This document shows positions 1-13,580 of a stretch of DNA of 64,000 nucleotides, in pieces; position 1 is the stretch's first letter, and the number at the start of each line of letters is the position of its first letter. The stretch spans positions 91,892,788 to 91,956,787 of the forward strand of contig NC_081357.1 in NCBI RefSeq assembly GCF_030684315.1, written 5' to 3'. The position numbers and the translations under genes are program-made. The notes beneath the pieces are model-generated. The model made no database searches, was not told the origin of the DNA, and saw only the letters and a list, made by a program, of their open reading frames with translations. The stretch comes from Stegostoma tigrinum (Eukaryota).

Positions 1-1079
1 TAAATGTTCATTGCACATCTGGGGAGTGATGACTGACATATCCATCCCATAATTATTCTCCTCCATAATCCCTCAGAGACAGGACAATATGTTGCTGACC
101 TCATTTGTGGCCTTCTCCATAAGAACTCTGAATGAGAGCTGATGTATGGATGAGGATATGCCCTCGGGGTGGCTTGCTAATTATCATTTTAATTTTATTA
201 AATTTGTTTCCTACATGTTTTTATCGTTGATGTTTGTGATAAAGTGCGATTTTCACGCTCTTTAGTTATTATTTGCTTTGTGTTACTTTTTAACGAACAA
301 GCAGTTACCCAAAATGATTTTCTGTATGGGATCTCCCATGTTGACACTAAAGTGAAAGAGAAGGCAAGGCAAGGGAGGCAATACTGTTTTAGTTATAGAA
401 AAACAAGGCTGTATAATCTGAAGATCCTCTGGGAAGGCTCTGTAGAATTACCTAGGGATATCTGTAAACCCACCATGATGTAATTTCCACCTTCTTTCTA
501 TCCTGAAGTGTGGCATCAAGCATCTTTATAGAAAGCCCACAGAGGGTCACTCATCTCATTCAGGATGGCTATGGAATTTGCCAATTTCAGTTCAGCCCGT
601 TCTTGGACGTTTCATCACATGATTTCTCAGTTCCGTGCTCCTGCCATTGGCCAATCCAACATCTAACCTTCATAACACACTGCCAATGGGAAAGCAAACA
701 GGGCTCATCATGAACCAATTGGATAATGCTCGCCTAATAAAGCAGCATTCTTTAAACCTCAATTCAGGTACTTGGATAATCTTTTGAAAACAGCATTCAA
801 GAACAATGATTTTCCTTGTTGGTAACAAGGTTAATTTTGGGAATTCCTCACCCAAGGATTTAAGGAAAGCAGGAATGTGAGGATTGGAAAAGTAACAATA
901 TACCAAATACAGACAGCAAGAACCCACCATCCAAAAAATCCCCTCCAAATTAACATGTTGTGCAGATAGTAAACTCAACTCCTGAAGGCAATCTGGATCT
1001 GTGAATAACAATTTGCATAACAAGCTTGATTGTAGGTCACTTTTGCCTGAGATTAATGGGGTAGTAACAGTATCTTAAG

Positions 1080-1330
1080 CCACTGACCATTTAGCCCCTC
1101 AAACCTGTTCTATCATTCAGTTTGATCGAGCTTAATCTGTGTCTTAACTCTATCAACCTGTCATGCTCCATATCCCTTTATATTATCGACTATTGCAAGA
1201 ATCCATCAATCTCCGCTTGTAAGTTATTCATTGAGTGAGAGTTACTGCTTTTGTTTTGTGGAAGCAAGAATTCCAAGCCTCAATCTTTATACAAAGGAGG
1301 AGTTCCTAACTTTTCCCCATAGTTGCCCTG
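1080..1330 (-). mobile_element. Highly decayed CR1 LINE 3' end
   Basis: ccatttagcccctcaaacctgttc... resembles the reverse-complemented CR1 3' UTR seen at 11470 and 40020. Confidence 0.45.
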
Positions 1331-1947
1331 GCTCCATGTTATACAGTACTCCAGAGACTGGGAACAGAATTCTGCGGAGATTATGCCCATTTAATTGCTG
1401 AGTTTTGTGGTGCATTAGAAGGGGTTAGTCCATCATTAATGAGGTTTCCACAAACTGCTAGTTCTAGCCCATCAAGTTAGTGGTAGAAAGGCTTACTGAT
1501 GGCCTTCCTGCCCCTCTGCTGATTGAAGATCTTAAGTTGGCGATGAATGCACGCTTGAAGGCCTCAGTCACTTCGTGGCATTAAGTCTCTAGTGGGGTGG
1601 GGGCTCATCATTCTTGGAAAATGACAAAACAACCCTACATTAGGGTTGTTTGTGAACTTCCCAGGGTGGAGTCCCTCATTCAAAGGTACTTAGCCTCTGA
1701 TCAGGTGACCAGCATCAGGAGTTAGGGGACTGACTGAGAACATTCTTGTAACTGATGACCCTCCCTTGTCCAACCCACAAACCCTATCCCATGAGCTGAC
1801 CTCGCACCATCACGTCTGTGATCTTGGATTCAGCAAGGGTCCTGAGTCTCAACTGGGTGTCATACTGGCAGCAACCGGTCCCTCCCTGGTGGTGCTGCCA
1901 CTCAAAAGTGCAGCCAACCTCTGATCGACTCAGATTGTTCAACAGAA

Positions 1948-2920
1948 TAGCCAATGTGGTTCCTATGTTTAGCAAGGGCAAAAGGAATAATCTGGGAAAT
2001 TATAGGCCAGTGAGCTTTACATCAGTGGTAGGGAAATTATAGGAGAAGATTCTTAGAAGCAGCATTTATTCACATTGGGAGAAGAATGGACTTATAAAGA
2101 ATAGTCAGCATGGCTTTATGAAAGCCTTATCTCACAAATCTGGTTGAATTTTTTGAGGAAGTGACAAAGTGGATATTGTCTACATGGATTTTACTAAAGC
2201 ATTTGACAAGGTCCCTTATGGTAGACTGGTCCAGAAGAGTAAGCCACATGGGATCCACAGTGAGTAGGTAAGTGGGATACAAAATTGGCTTGGTCACAGA
2301 AGGCAAATGATACTTGTGTAGGGTTATTTTTCTGACTGGCATCTGTGACCAGTGGTATTCCTTAAAAGATTAGCGCTGGGACCTCTGATATTTTTAATAT
2401 TTATTAATGATTTGGTTGAAAATTGGTTGATTAGCAAGTTTCCAGACGATGTGAAAATTGGTGGAGTTGTGGATACTGAGGAGGGTTATCGAAGGAGACA
2501 GCAAGATCTAAATCAGTTGGAAATTTGGGTGGAGAAATGGCAGATAGAGTTTAATCCAGCCAAGTGTGAGGTGACGCATTTTGGAGGGTCAAACAGAAGT
2601 GCAACATATACAGTAAATGGCGTGATCCTTAGGAGCATTGATATACAGAGGGATCTTAGGGTGCAAGTTCATAGCTCTGCAAGAGCAGCAACACGAGTGG
2701 ATAAAATGGTATAGAAGGCACATAGCATGCTCACCTTGATCAACCAAGACATTGAGTATAAATGTCCTGAAGCCATACTGCAGCTGTAAGATTGACATAT
2801 GAAAAGCCAGGGAATAGAGGGCTGTGGGCAATATGCAAGCAGATGGGATTAGTTTGGAATAGCGTCATGGTTGGTACAGAAAGGTGGGCCAAAGTCAATG
2901 TGTTGTACAGTTCTATATTC
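1948..2920 (+). mobile_element. CR1/HER1 LINE RT fragment, pseudogenised
   Basis: Translates to ANVVPMFSKG..GNYRPVSFTSVVGKL and LGPLIFLIFINDL..SKFPDDVKIGG..WQIEFNPAKCEV, with frameshifts and stops. Confidence 0.93.
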
Positions 2921-2929
2921 TCAGTTTGT

Positions 2930-4050
2930 GGCTGATTTGCTCACATTTCAAATTCTGCATTTGCCCCTATCCCCAATAACGCTTGATCCCTTGCTTAGCA
3001 ATAATCTATCTCCTTTTTTTAAAAAATATATAAAGACCCCATCTCCAGCACCTCTGAGAGTTCCAAAACTACACAACTTTCTGAGTGAAAAATGTCCTCT
3101 TCATTTCTGTTCTGAGTGATGTTTAATTCTAACACAGTGCCCTCTAGTTCTAGACTCTCCTACAAGAGAAAACATCCTTTTCACTCCAATATATAAAAGA
3201 TTACTCAGGGTACAATACAGTTTAATCAAGTCACCCCTCATCTTACTAAACTCCAGTAGAAAGAAACTCAGTCTATCAAACCTTTCCTCATAAGACAACA
3301 CACCCATTTCAGGTATCAATCTAGTAAACCTCCTCCAAATTGCCTCCAATGTACTTATATCTTTTTCCAAAACAAGAAAACCAAAACTTCACACAGTATC
3401 CAAGATGTGGTTTCACCAATGCCCTATATAACTGAAGCAAAACGCCCTTATTTTTAACGTCAATTCCTCCAGTAATAACAGATAGTATCCCATTTGCCTT
3501 CTTGATTCTGAGCTTTAGCTGCAATGGTAACCTTCTGTGACTTATATATTCAAAAACCCATATCTCTGTGTAATTCAGGATTCACAGGCATTCTCAATTT
3601 TAATAATATGCCATTTTATTCTTTTTTATTGTTTTCTTATTGTTCCTGTCAACAAGAACAACATTGCATTTTTCCACATTATATTCCTTCCGTTAGATTT
3701 TTGCTCACTCATTCAAACATCTGTATCTCTCTTCGAGTTTTTATTCTTCTTCACATTATACTTTTCTACTACCTTGGTATTAACTATGAATTTACTAATC
3801 TCCCTGTGCTCTATTATCTAAGTCATTGATTCAAATTGTAACGAGTTGAGGCCCCAGCCCAGATCCCGATGGTTCTCCAATCATGACAATCTGCCAATCA
3901 ATCAAAACCCATTTGTGTACATTCTCTTTAGTCCACCAGCAAACCAGTCTCCTATCTATGCTGACATTTTCCACATGAGTTTTCATTTTCCGCAATAAAT
4001 ATTGATATGGCACCATAATCAAATGCCTTCTGGATATCCAAGCACACTAT
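2930..4050 (-). mobile_element. CR1/HER1 LINE RT 3' fragment
   Basis: Minus ORFs LLQLYRALVKPHLGYCVKFW, LEAIWRRFTRLIPEM..RGDLI and GSGLGPQL. Confidence 0.9.
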
Positions 4051-4484
4051 GCCTATAACCAACCCACTCCCTTTAGGGAGGGTGCAACACTATTAACTGT
4101 CATATTCCATTCAACCAAGCCCTGCCTAATTTGTTAAATTCTTTTGTATACAGTCTCCATTTTTCCCTCAGGCCTTGGCCATAGGCTGAATCAGGTGGAG
4201 GCTGTTCCCAGAGATATAGCTCCTTCCTGTCCCAGTACTGGTACCAGTGTCCCACAAAATGGTAACGTCCCTTCGTACACTACTCCTTTAACCAAATGTT
4301 AATTTTCATGATCTGATTGACCCTTCGTGTGCTAATGAACACATAATTCAAATAATAATCCTGAATTTACCACATTTGAGGTTTGCTTTCTAATTTAGCT
4401 CATAATTAGTTAACTTATCAATTAACTCCTAATCATCTTATATAAACATTTAATAAACATGTAAAATGCCGAGGGTACCTGACT

Positions 4485-4800
4485 CGCTGGAAGCATGTGC
4501 TTCCTGGTGGGAGAAACTAGATCAAGAGCATTCTGTTTAAAAATAAGAGGTGCCCCACTTAAGACAGAGGTGAAGTGGAAAATTTTTCTTCTTTTAAAGG
4601 GTCTTTGCAACTCTCTTTCCCAGAGACACGTGGAGACAAAGTCATTGAATACTTTTACAGCAGAAGTACATAGATTCTTGTCTAACAAGAGGGCCAAAGG
4701 TTATGGGGCTGCATTCAGATCATCCATTAAATTCTTGAATGGCAGAGTGGGCATGAGGGGCTGAATGGCTTACTCCTGCTCCTGTTCTTATGACCTTCCT
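4485..4800 (+). mobile_element. CR1 LINE 3' end
   Basis: LVGETRSR..LKIRG..NSLSQR..FTAEVHRFL, followed by UTR gggctgaatggcttactcctgctcct. Confidence 0.85.
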
Positions 4801-6375
4801 TGTTAAGAAACTTAAAAATGGGGTCATTTTCTCTGGTATGAAATCAATTGCTCTCAGAAATCTGTCTTGGGAAGTTATATGTTAGCATTGCAAAATCTCA
4901 GGGACATACAAACATTCCTGTGCACAGGGATACTTTACAACAAATAGTTATGACATAGTTTCATCATTTGAAGGCTGTCATAAAACATTGGACTAGATAA
5001 TAGCAACTTTACACTTCCAAGGCCTTGGAATTGTAGTGCTATGATGCCTAGTTTACATTTCATAAAACATTCCACAGAAGAAAAAAGACAACTTTAGTGA
5101 TGCTATTAAATTATCCAGAGGGAAGATCAATTTCCTGCTCAGCTGAAACCAAGCAGAATTTTCTGCTCTCAATTAAATCAAAGGCCATGTCAAGATTTTG
5201 TAATATGGATGTTGCATCATGTATATCATGTAAGTAGCATGTAATAACAGGTCAGGATTTTGCTGGTAGACTGACAGTAAGTTTAATGGTCCTCACCATT
5301 ATTAATGTAAAAAATCATCAAGCAGCTTGTGGTGCGGAATAGATAACCCGTGAACTGTGAAATACCACACGCTGTTGACTGATTTGCAATATTTCGTTGT
5401 TATCCTAACAGAAGTGACATTTCACTCGGCCTCCTGCTGAGTTCCATTGAATTACTGCAGTTGTGCATTAATTGCCTGCTGAATTCACTGCTAAAGGTTA
5501 GTTAGTATTTAGCAGTTTATAATCTTTGGAATTATGCTATTTATGCTGTTAGGGTGTTATTCAAAGTCTTTGGCTCAAGTGATATTGAGAGTGTCATTCT
5601 TGCAGGGAGTGAATTGTTGTTAGAGATTTCTAAAATTTTAAAATAAAAATGTTTAACCATTTTTCTTTCATTTCTTTTTTTGCTTCTTTCTCTCATTTTC
5701 CAATCATTCAATTCTTTTTTTCTATACATGACTGGGTTTTAATTCACCTTCTTTCCTTCTCCCTCATTCCTAGCTATTTCTTAGTTGTTAAAAGTCAGGA
5801 TCAACTGTTGCCCTGTCCTTTACATAGATCCAACTGTGTTTGCCACATTGTCACTGGTTCACCCATTTAACAAGTTCCATAAAAGATTTGCAAGCTGAAA
5901 AGTGATGGGAAAAATTAAACTTATGGAGCATGGGGCAAGATGGTCCGCTCAAGCAAAATCTAGTCAATTCAATAGATATGTAGAAAGCAGGAGAGCAATA
6001 GAACTCTGAACTTACAACTTGGCACCTTGCCATCTGTTTGATGGACAATTTTGTTGAATTGATATTTCTTAAAGAGACTTGCTGTGTATAAAATGAACAA
6101 AATGTTTTGACATGGTGAAGTTAGTTCATGCATCCCAAGTACGAATCCATTCGTCTTTTTTTATTAAGATGTTGACATTGATCTCTGAGAGATTTAATTC
6201 CTCTGTTCAGTCGAAAATCCAAAATCAGCCCGTGTCTAGAAGAGAAACGTAAGCTGGAAACATTGACACTGAGAGTACAATCAGGATCATGAATAGTGGT
6301 TCACGTATTCTGGGTGTACAAAATAGAGTTTGGTAGCAATTCAGATCCCACCGAATTTTAAGGCATTCAAACAAA

Positions 6376-6448
6376 TCAGTAGAAAACCCTGCGGGCTCTG
6401 TACAGAGGCTGCATCATTCCCAAAACAATCCTCGTGTACAAGCTGTGC
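6376..6448 (-). CDS. Candidate terminal coding exon of an unidentified host gene (frame uncertain)
   Basis: Long pyrimidine tract acceptor ttttcctcctttccacttcgattccctcacag|; reads HSLYTRIVLGMMQPLYRARRVFY* (phase 2) or TACTRGLFWE* (phase 1); AATAAA on minus at 6160-6165; no recognisable repeat; CpGs retained. Confidence 0.3.
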
Positions 6449-6789
6449 CTGTGAGGGAATCGAAGTGGAAAGGAGGAAAACATTTTCTCCTTTCATAAGA
6501 ATTTTGTTCCGAATATTACATTGGTAACTGGGAACTTGATAACTTGTTTTATAGTAGCAAGGACTTTTTTAAAAATTGTATTAACAGGTTGGGTTGCTTT
6601 AGTGACATCCCAAATACCTTCTGTAAGTATCCTCCAAAGCCATTTCCTTGAGAACATTACCAGTGCTTCTGCATAACTGGTCCAGCGATAATACCACTAC
6701 CATATGGATTTTGATTTAAACAATGTCATTCCATCAGAATGATAAAGAAAACAGCAAAAGAGGTATGCATTCACATAACTTCTACTTTC

Positions 6790-7045
6790 AGGACTTTCAG
6801 CTGTTCAAACTGTGGTCACTGTTACAGTACAAGAAATGTGGCCATCAATTCATGTACGGCAAAATCCCATGTGATAAATAATTACATAATCTGGTGCCGA
6901 TGTTAGTCGATCATTCAGTGATGACGAGCAAAATGACCCTTGCTCTTCTTTTTTTAAGTAACATGGCAGGAATGTTTCTATTCCCCTGAGTGTGCAAACA
7001 AACTCTCTGTTTTATATTTCATATACAAGATCACATTTCAGACAG
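6790..7045 (-). mobile_element. Decayed SacSINE1/Deu-domain-like SINE
   Basis: Similar to the 13020-13800 copy and to my recollection of the shark Deu-SINE consensus. Confidence 0.45.
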
Positions 7046-7534
7046 GCCGGGCTTTAACCACGTAGGGCAAGGTTCTAAGGCCTAATCTGGGCCAGCAGCA
7101 AAGACGGCAGGAACTAGAAGGCTCCTGCTGGAGTGCTGGATCCCGGTCTCAAGCCTGCCTGTGGGCATTTAGTTTGGAGATTGGGATGCAAAGTGGTGGA
7201 GGATTGGTATTCTCTATGTGCCTGCTTTGGGTGGTGGATGTTTTCGGAGCCTCTTGGACCCAGTTAAAAGATGGACTGGGATTCTCCAGGAAATAGACCA
7301 AGGAGGGACTAATTCACCAGGTAGGAGGGATGCATCAGTTCCCGCTGAATGCTGTGTGAGAATCTGCACCAGACAGTGGCTATTCAGCTACAGCATCAAG
7401 ATTTTTGTTTCATTAAAAATTTAAAAGCCTCAGAGCTAGAGCAGTTGTCTCCATTCTGAAGCAGCCTCTTCCTTGCTTCCACTCCACTGAGACCTTTCAG
7501 GCCTGCAATTGAGACCCAGGGTTTGAGAGAGCCA

Positions 7535-7820
7535 TTAGGCCATAAGAAATAGGAACAGGATTAGGCTATTCAGCCCCTTCAGCCTGTGAATAGATTTCAG
7601 TGAGTAATGTCCCAACCAGTTTAGCCTTTACTCATAAGAAAATCTCCCCATTCCAGAGATTATCTGAGTGAACCTTCTTTGAATTACCCCCAAAGAAATA
7701 GCACTTTTTTCCTTAAATAAGGGGACCAGAACTGCTCACAGCACTCCTGATGTGGTCTCACCAGCACCTTGTACGGTTGTGGTGCACTTCTCTAGAAGTA
7801 AGAGCCAACATTCCATTCCA
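7535..7820 (-). mobile_element. CR1 3' fragment with internal deletion
   Basis: cataagaaataggaacaggattaggctattcagccc tail; ggggaccagaactgctcacagcactcc (LEYCVQFWSP motif, reverse). Confidence 0.75.
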
Positions 7821-7956
7821 AAAACCGAAACAACTGTGGATGCTGTTAATCAGGAACAAAAACAGAAACTGCTGGAAAACCACAGCAGGTCTGGCAGCAT
7901 CTGTGAAGAAAAAAAAATCAGAGTTAGCGTTTCGGGTCCTGTGACCCTTCCTCAAA
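7820..7956 (-). mobile_element. Penelope-like terminal fragment (family B) with degenerate hammerhead motif
   Basis: Minus strand tTGAGGA-aGGGTC-acag-GACCC-GAAAC-GCT; homologous to 13196-13322. Confidence 0.7.
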
Positions 7957-8164
7957 GGAAGTCCCTTTGTGTTGTAGCTTTCTGTAGCTTTTCACCATTT
8001 AAATAAACCTCAGTTGGTCGGCTGACCTCCCTCAAGGGTAATTAAATGGGCACTCCCTGTGCAAATCATTGTGATTATCTACTTCCTTATCCCCAAAGGG
8101 ATGTTGAGAGTTCAGAAAGAAAGCAATTATTTGAAAAGGTTAACTAGCATCATAAGTTAGAGGT

Positions 8165-8256
8165 GAATGAAGAAGGATAATACCCAAAACATTGACTGTT
8201 CCTTTCCTCCAGATGCTGCCTAGCCTACTGTGCTCTTCCAGCCTCCTGTTTGTCGA
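8165..8256 (+). mobile_element. Penelope-like terminal fragment (family C), decayed hammerhead
   Basis: tgaagaaggataatacccaaaacattgact...cagatgctgcc; matches the reverse complement of 44870-44992. Confidence 0.6.
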
Positions 8257-8329
8257 ACTAACATCATAAGATGTCTCATGCCGCAAAAACTATAAAAGGC
8301 ACTGGCAAACTGAATATAACAGAATATGA

Positions 8330-8858
8330 GTGGAATACTGTGAACAGTTTTGGGGCCCTTATCTAAGGAAAGGTGTACTGATGTTGGAGGCAGTCCGCAG
8401 AAGATTCATTAGGTTCCTACCAGGTATTTTATAAGAGGGTGTGTAGGCTTGACGTGTACTCACTGGAATACAGAAGGTTGAGAGTCAACATTATTGAAAT
8501 ATAAAAGATTCTTAAGGGACTCGACAGGGCAGATGCAGAGAAGTCACTGCCAGTTGTGGGAGAGTCTAAGACCAGATGGTATAATCTCAAAATGAGGGGT
8601 CACCTAATTAGGACAGAGATTAGGAATTTCTTCTCTCTGAGTGTTCTGAATCTGTGGGTTTCTTTACCACAGAGGGCTGTGGAAGCTGGGCCATCAAGCA
8701 TATTCAAGACTGAGATAGGCAGAATTTTAATCAGTAAGGAAATCAAGGGTTGGGGGGAAAAGCAGGAGCGTGGAATTGGGGATTATCAACCACAATTTCA
8801 TTTGTTGGCTGGCAAGACTCAGTGGGCTGAATGTCCAACTTTTGTTCCTATGTCTGAA
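8330..8858 (+). mobile_element. CR1 LINE 3' fragment
   Basis: EYCEQFWGPYLRK..LEAVRRRF; GESKTRWYNLKMRG..RNFFS..WVSLPQRAVEA. Confidence 0.9.
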
Positions 8859-9542
8859 ATTCTTCTAGCGCTCTGTCAGTATGTAAAACACTGTTCCTGG
8901 GAGGACCTAACTAGAGCATGTGTTGCTAAGATTGTATACCAAAGTGGTTCAGTAACAGTAATGCGTATTTACTCTTAAGTATATCCTGAGGGGTTACCAA
9001 AGTCTCTCATGCATCTCAGAGAAAATGTAATTAGCAATTAAGTGTTATTTAATAAACCTATTATGATTAACAAGATTGAGTCTATCTTGTGCTGAAAATT
9101 TTGTCTGGACATCTTTCCCCACTTAGTGTCAGGAACTTGGACCAATGCCAATGAAAAGGCTGGATGGCAGATCATACCCAAGATATTTCAGTGGGTCCAG
9201 TGTACACAGCATGCTAATGTTTGAAAATTGCTCCCGGAGTCAGATTTGAAATTGCAACTTTGAAATCACAGACAAGTGTTCTACCAATTAAGCTGGAATC
9301 CTTGTTTATATTGTTATCCTTAGATGATGATTTGTGGCTTGATTGGATGTTCATTACAGCACCATGATACCAAAACCTTGAACTGAAGATTGCTAATTTG
9401 CTAGAGAAGTGTCAATCATAAGGGCAGTGCAAGTATAATCTTGTTAACAGTCTGCTATTGGTTGTAAGCGCTATTAGAGATCAATCTAATTGTCCTTTGG
9501 TTTTACAGCCTTTCTCAAACTGGAGTGTACCTTCTACACAGT

Positions 9543-9673
9543 AATAATGGGAACTGCAGATGGTGCAACTGCAGCTCTCTCTGATGAAGGGTCTAGGCCG
9601 GAAACGTTAGCTTTTGTGCTCCTGAGATGCTGCTGGGCCTGCTGTGTTCATCCAGCCTCACATTTCATTATCT
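9543..9673. mobile_element. Penelope-like mini insertion (family A): inverted tail plus hammerhead-bearing arm
   Basis: 17-bp TSD tgtaccttct(a/t)cacagt at 9526-9542 and 9674-9690; CTGATGA..GAAACGTT at 9581-9608. Confidence 0.85.
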
Positions 9674-10149
9674 TGTACCTTCTTCACAGTTCATTTTACT
9701 TACATAAATTGCTCAACAACTGCTCAGCTTAAAAAATAATGCCCTGTCAACTACATAATTAATATCTGGGCACCTCCAGAACAGAAACTTGTAGTGGCCT
9801 GAGCAACATGGACTATCGCAGAATCAAGTGAGAAGTCCAATGAGGGCCATGTCGAAAGTGGGAGCTGCATCTTTTATGCTTTCGATGAACGAGTCGATGG
9901 CATGTTTCTCATTAGGCAGTGGTGAGTTTCCAATTAAGGGGGATTATTGTACAGTAAACATCTGATTAGCAGCACAACTTGTCTTGTTAATATTCAGCTC
10001 TCCATTTTACCAACCAAACTTCGAGAAATCTCAACATATAAGTCACCGAGGTTAGCTCAATAGTTACTTGAATATTAGACACTGGCACAAACTTCTCAGG
10101 GCATGCTCCATGACCATGGGTTACATGCACCCCACATCAACAGACATTG

Positions 10150-10990
10150 GCATCTAATATGTACCAGCTTCTGAAAACCCTCATGCCACATCTCCAATCC
10201 ATTTACAGGAAGTGTCTATATCCCAATGCTACACCTCAGCCTGCACCAGCCACAATCATTGTAATGCTACAAAAAGGACACCGTATGATCAGGGTGGTAT
10301 CCCAAGCTCGAGAGTCAGCAACACATAGGACATGCATTGTTAGTGTTGTCAGGGATTGTGATAGGTGAAAGTGTGTGTGGGGAGATGTTGCAGGCAATAG
10401 TGGTAGAGTGGTAGAGCATGAGCCCTTGGTAGGATGTGGGTGTAGTAGCAGAGATAGAGTGAGCGTGTGGTATGAAGGAAGATGGTGGCAGTTAACACTG
10501 GCACAGTGGAGGAGGAGATTGATCTTCAATCTACAATGCAGGGCATTCCTGCTGAAAGCTGAGACTGCAGTGATTTGGGTGGCAACCTTAGAGCAGGTTG
10601 GCATGGTCTGATGTGATGGGTTCCTCTGCTGGTCTTGAGCACAGAGGATGTCCCTGTGTCTCTACTGTTCCATCCAGCAAGGCTTCCAGCTCCCAGCCTG
10701 CAAAGCAGAGTACCAGCTCCCCCCACCGCCACCCCCAACTGCCATGTCAGGCAAATGCCAGGAGCTGTGCAGTGTAGCTCCAGACCAACAGCACTTATTC
10801 AGGTACCTTTTAAAGATTGTGCCAGGGATGTCAGTGAATTCTGGGCTCTCCAGGCAGTGGCATTTTTCTGGGAAATGGCCTGTGATAGAGTGGGGCTCAA
10901 ATTGCACATGACTAATGCCATAGAGGTGGGGTAGATGGTTAAAGAGATAAGACTTGGCAGGAAAACCCGTTTGAACTATGAGAATCCCTC
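10150..10990 (-). mobile_element. PIF/Harbinger-type relic with decayed Myb/SANT-like ORF
   Basis: Minus frame RHRDILCAQDQQRNPSHQTMPTCSKVATQITAVSAFSRNALHCRLKINLLLH resembles the Harbinger Myb-like motif W.EVA..V.A....R...QCRKK.NDL. Confidence 0.6.
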
Positions 10991-11469
10991 CAAAAACTAA
11001 ACATAATTTGCACTTAGCAAGAAAATATAAGATACATGCCCAATCTTAGTTTTGAGTTCAAATTGTCTTGATTTTTAAACCCAGTGTAGGAATCTAATCA
11101 ACTTCACCTCACTTGGTGCAATAATCCATTGCTTCAATCAAGAATAATTAAGATTATCAAATTGTACTGTACTGTACCTGTTTAAATGTTAGTGGTTTAT
11201 AGTTAATAAGTAGTGAGAAGGGATGGTGCTGATTGGTTTAAGTCAAGTGGCCCAAGCATCAGATTGTTGTGGAAAGCTAGGAACACTTTTCCCATTAATC
11301 AAAGATGGTAAATGCTGTTTGGTCCTGTTGATACTGATACATGGATTGATTCGAATATTGCAAAGTCACCTTTGTGGAGGGTTGTAAACATATAAACATA
11401 TAATGTCTCAAAATTATCAAGATTGTTGCACTTGCCAAGGAATAACATTCGTCAGAGGACATTTCGACA

Positions 11470-11680
11470 CTATAAGAAGCAGAAGGAGGCTATTCAGCCC
11501 ATTGAATTTGCTCCGCCATTCAGTGAGATCATGGCTAATCAAATGATCCTCAACTCCACTTTCTTGCCTTTTCCTCATTGGCCTTACTGATGAAAAATTT
11601 AACAGTCTCAGCCTTGAAAATACTTAATGACCCAGCCTCAATAGCCATGTGTAGCAAAGAATTTCACAGATTCCACTCAA
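11470..11680 (-). mobile_element. CR1 3' end
   Basis: ggctattcagcccattgaatttgctccgccattcagtgagatcatggct, reverse CR1 3' UTR. Confidence 0.75.
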
Positions 11681-13116
11681 TAACAAAATCAAGGCTAGGA
11701 GTAAGACATTTGCTACAGAGTTAGCATTTGCATGGGAAAGACATTACCAGTTGACAAATAAAATGTCCCAGTTTAGGATTTGCTATAAAAATCTAGAGTT
11801 GCCAAAGGAATTGTCATAGGTTGGGGTTTATCATAAGAAATCCGGAGATGGATTTGCAGTTGCCTCAAGAAATTTAAACCAATAATAGATCAGATTCCAG
11901 TATAAGACCAATCAGTACACATTAAACTTGTGTACCACTTCATACCTCAACTGGCAAAATGTTGAATATTAATCTTTCTTGTCCAAAAAACCTTGCCTTC
12001 CAAATCAGTGATGTCCATTTTGCCAATATGGTCATTCCCTGACAAGAAGTTTCTGACAGGGCAGTACAGTAAAATGTCCAAATCCCAGCAATTCCATTCA
12101 GCTTGTCTTGCCAGTATTAGCTCTTTGAAATAGCTGTGCAATTATTCCCAATTTTCATATTTTTCCCTAAACCTTGGCATTTGGTTACATACTTCCAGAG
12201 GATGAATAGAGCAAAACAGCAAGTTGGAATGCAACATAAGAGGAAACTGTCATTAAATTTTCATCTTCCTGGTTGCCTTTATGTAGCTTATTTTAAAATC
12301 AACCTGCATTGAGATGTTATTGCACATCTCTGGAGTATGTGGGACATGAACTTAGGTCACATATATGTCGGTGGTAGGAACAATAACATTGCACCAGAAG
12401 AGTCATAGATGACTTTAAATCATTTGAGGCGCAAATGACAGCAGCTGCCTTTCATGGTCACAAATTCCAGGAGCTTCAGCATAATTAAACAGGCCAAGTC
12501 CCTCAAATTACTGACTACTCGAAACTGTTGCTGAGACAAAGATCATCTGATATAAAGAAGCTCAGAAAAGGCACATTATTGAATTTCTTTGCATTTGAAA
12601 TGAAGTCAGGCTTGATATCATCAATCCATGTCAATTAGTGTCAATTTCTTGCAGCATTCACACAAACTGCACACCCTGAAGTCAGCTGAGTAGATGCTCT
12701 GTTTGTGGTTGAGTTGTACATCTCCTCGAAACAGATTTTTGACTTCAAAATAAACTAACTTCCCAGGCTTTCTCACAGTTATATTAGCTTGTTATAACTA
12801 AGCTCAGCTCAGAATACCTTGGCCAGTTTAATTTTGTCAAGCAAACTGAAATTTAATGGCCCAGTTATTGTCGCTTCAACAATAACAAAAGTTGACAGCC
12901 AAGAGACAGGACTTAGGCTGAGATGGTGGCTTTAGCCACAAGTACCATTTACAATGTTGTCCTCGGGTTGTCATGTTGCTAATTGAAGGAAATGAAAGAA
13001 AGGATGCCTGCCACAACCTTAGGACACTTTACAGTCAATGAAGTAATTCTGAAGTGTCGGCATGGTTGTATTGAATCACTGTTTTCTTTTAGTTAGGGAT
13101 AAAGGGGCAGCAAACT

Positions 13117-13580
13117 GGCAGAGTGGTTAGCACTTCTGCCCACAGCACAAGAGACTCAGGTTTGATTCCTCCCTCCAATGACTGTCTGTATGGAAAACTA
13201 AAGAAGTGCAGACGCTGTAAATCAGGAACAAACACAAAGTTGCTGGAAAAGCTCAGTAGGTCTGGCAGCATCTGTGAAGGAACAAAGAGAGTTAACGTTC
13301 CAGGTGACCCTTCCTCAGAAAGGCGTTTGCACATTCTCCCTGTGTCTGTGTGAGTATCCTCCGGGTGCTCCAGTCTCCTCCCATAGTCCAAATATGTTCA
13401 GGTTAGGTAGATTGGCCATGTTAAACTCCCTATAGTGTCCACATATGGGCAGGCTAGGTGGATTAGCCATGGGAAATGCAGGGTTACATGGACAGGATAG
13501 GCTAGGGTAGGGGATTGGGTCTGCGGAGGGTCGGTGTGGATTCCATGAGCTGAATAGCCTGCTTCCACACTACTGCAATT
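13117..13580 (+). mobile_element. HE1-type tRNA-derived SINE interrupted by a Penelope-like fragment
   Basis: ggcagagtggttagcact (A box), ggtttgattcc (B box), gtttgcacattctccctgtgtctg (V-domain-like), CR1-derived tail. Confidence 0.9.
13196..13322 (-). mobile_element. Penelope-like terminal fragment (family B) nested in the HE1 SINE
   Basis: Splits the SINE motif tgtgtgga|gtttgcac; minus strand ttCTGAGGAagggtcacctGGAACGTTaac. Confidence 0.75.

Noticed and set aside
244-1023. Short ORFs at the window start and most other 60-130 aa track ORFs
   Set aside because: No domain motifs, codon bias or splice support; many are antisense or off-frame reads of repeats
6211-6248. Plus-strand 38-nt micro-exon (ttcag|...aaac|gtaagc)
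   Set aside because: Good splice motifs but no partner exon or recognisable peptide; cannot be separated from chance
11946-12141. Minus-strand ORF ending near a gtatga donor
   Set aside because: The long frame stops just before the donor and the alternative frame is unrecognisable
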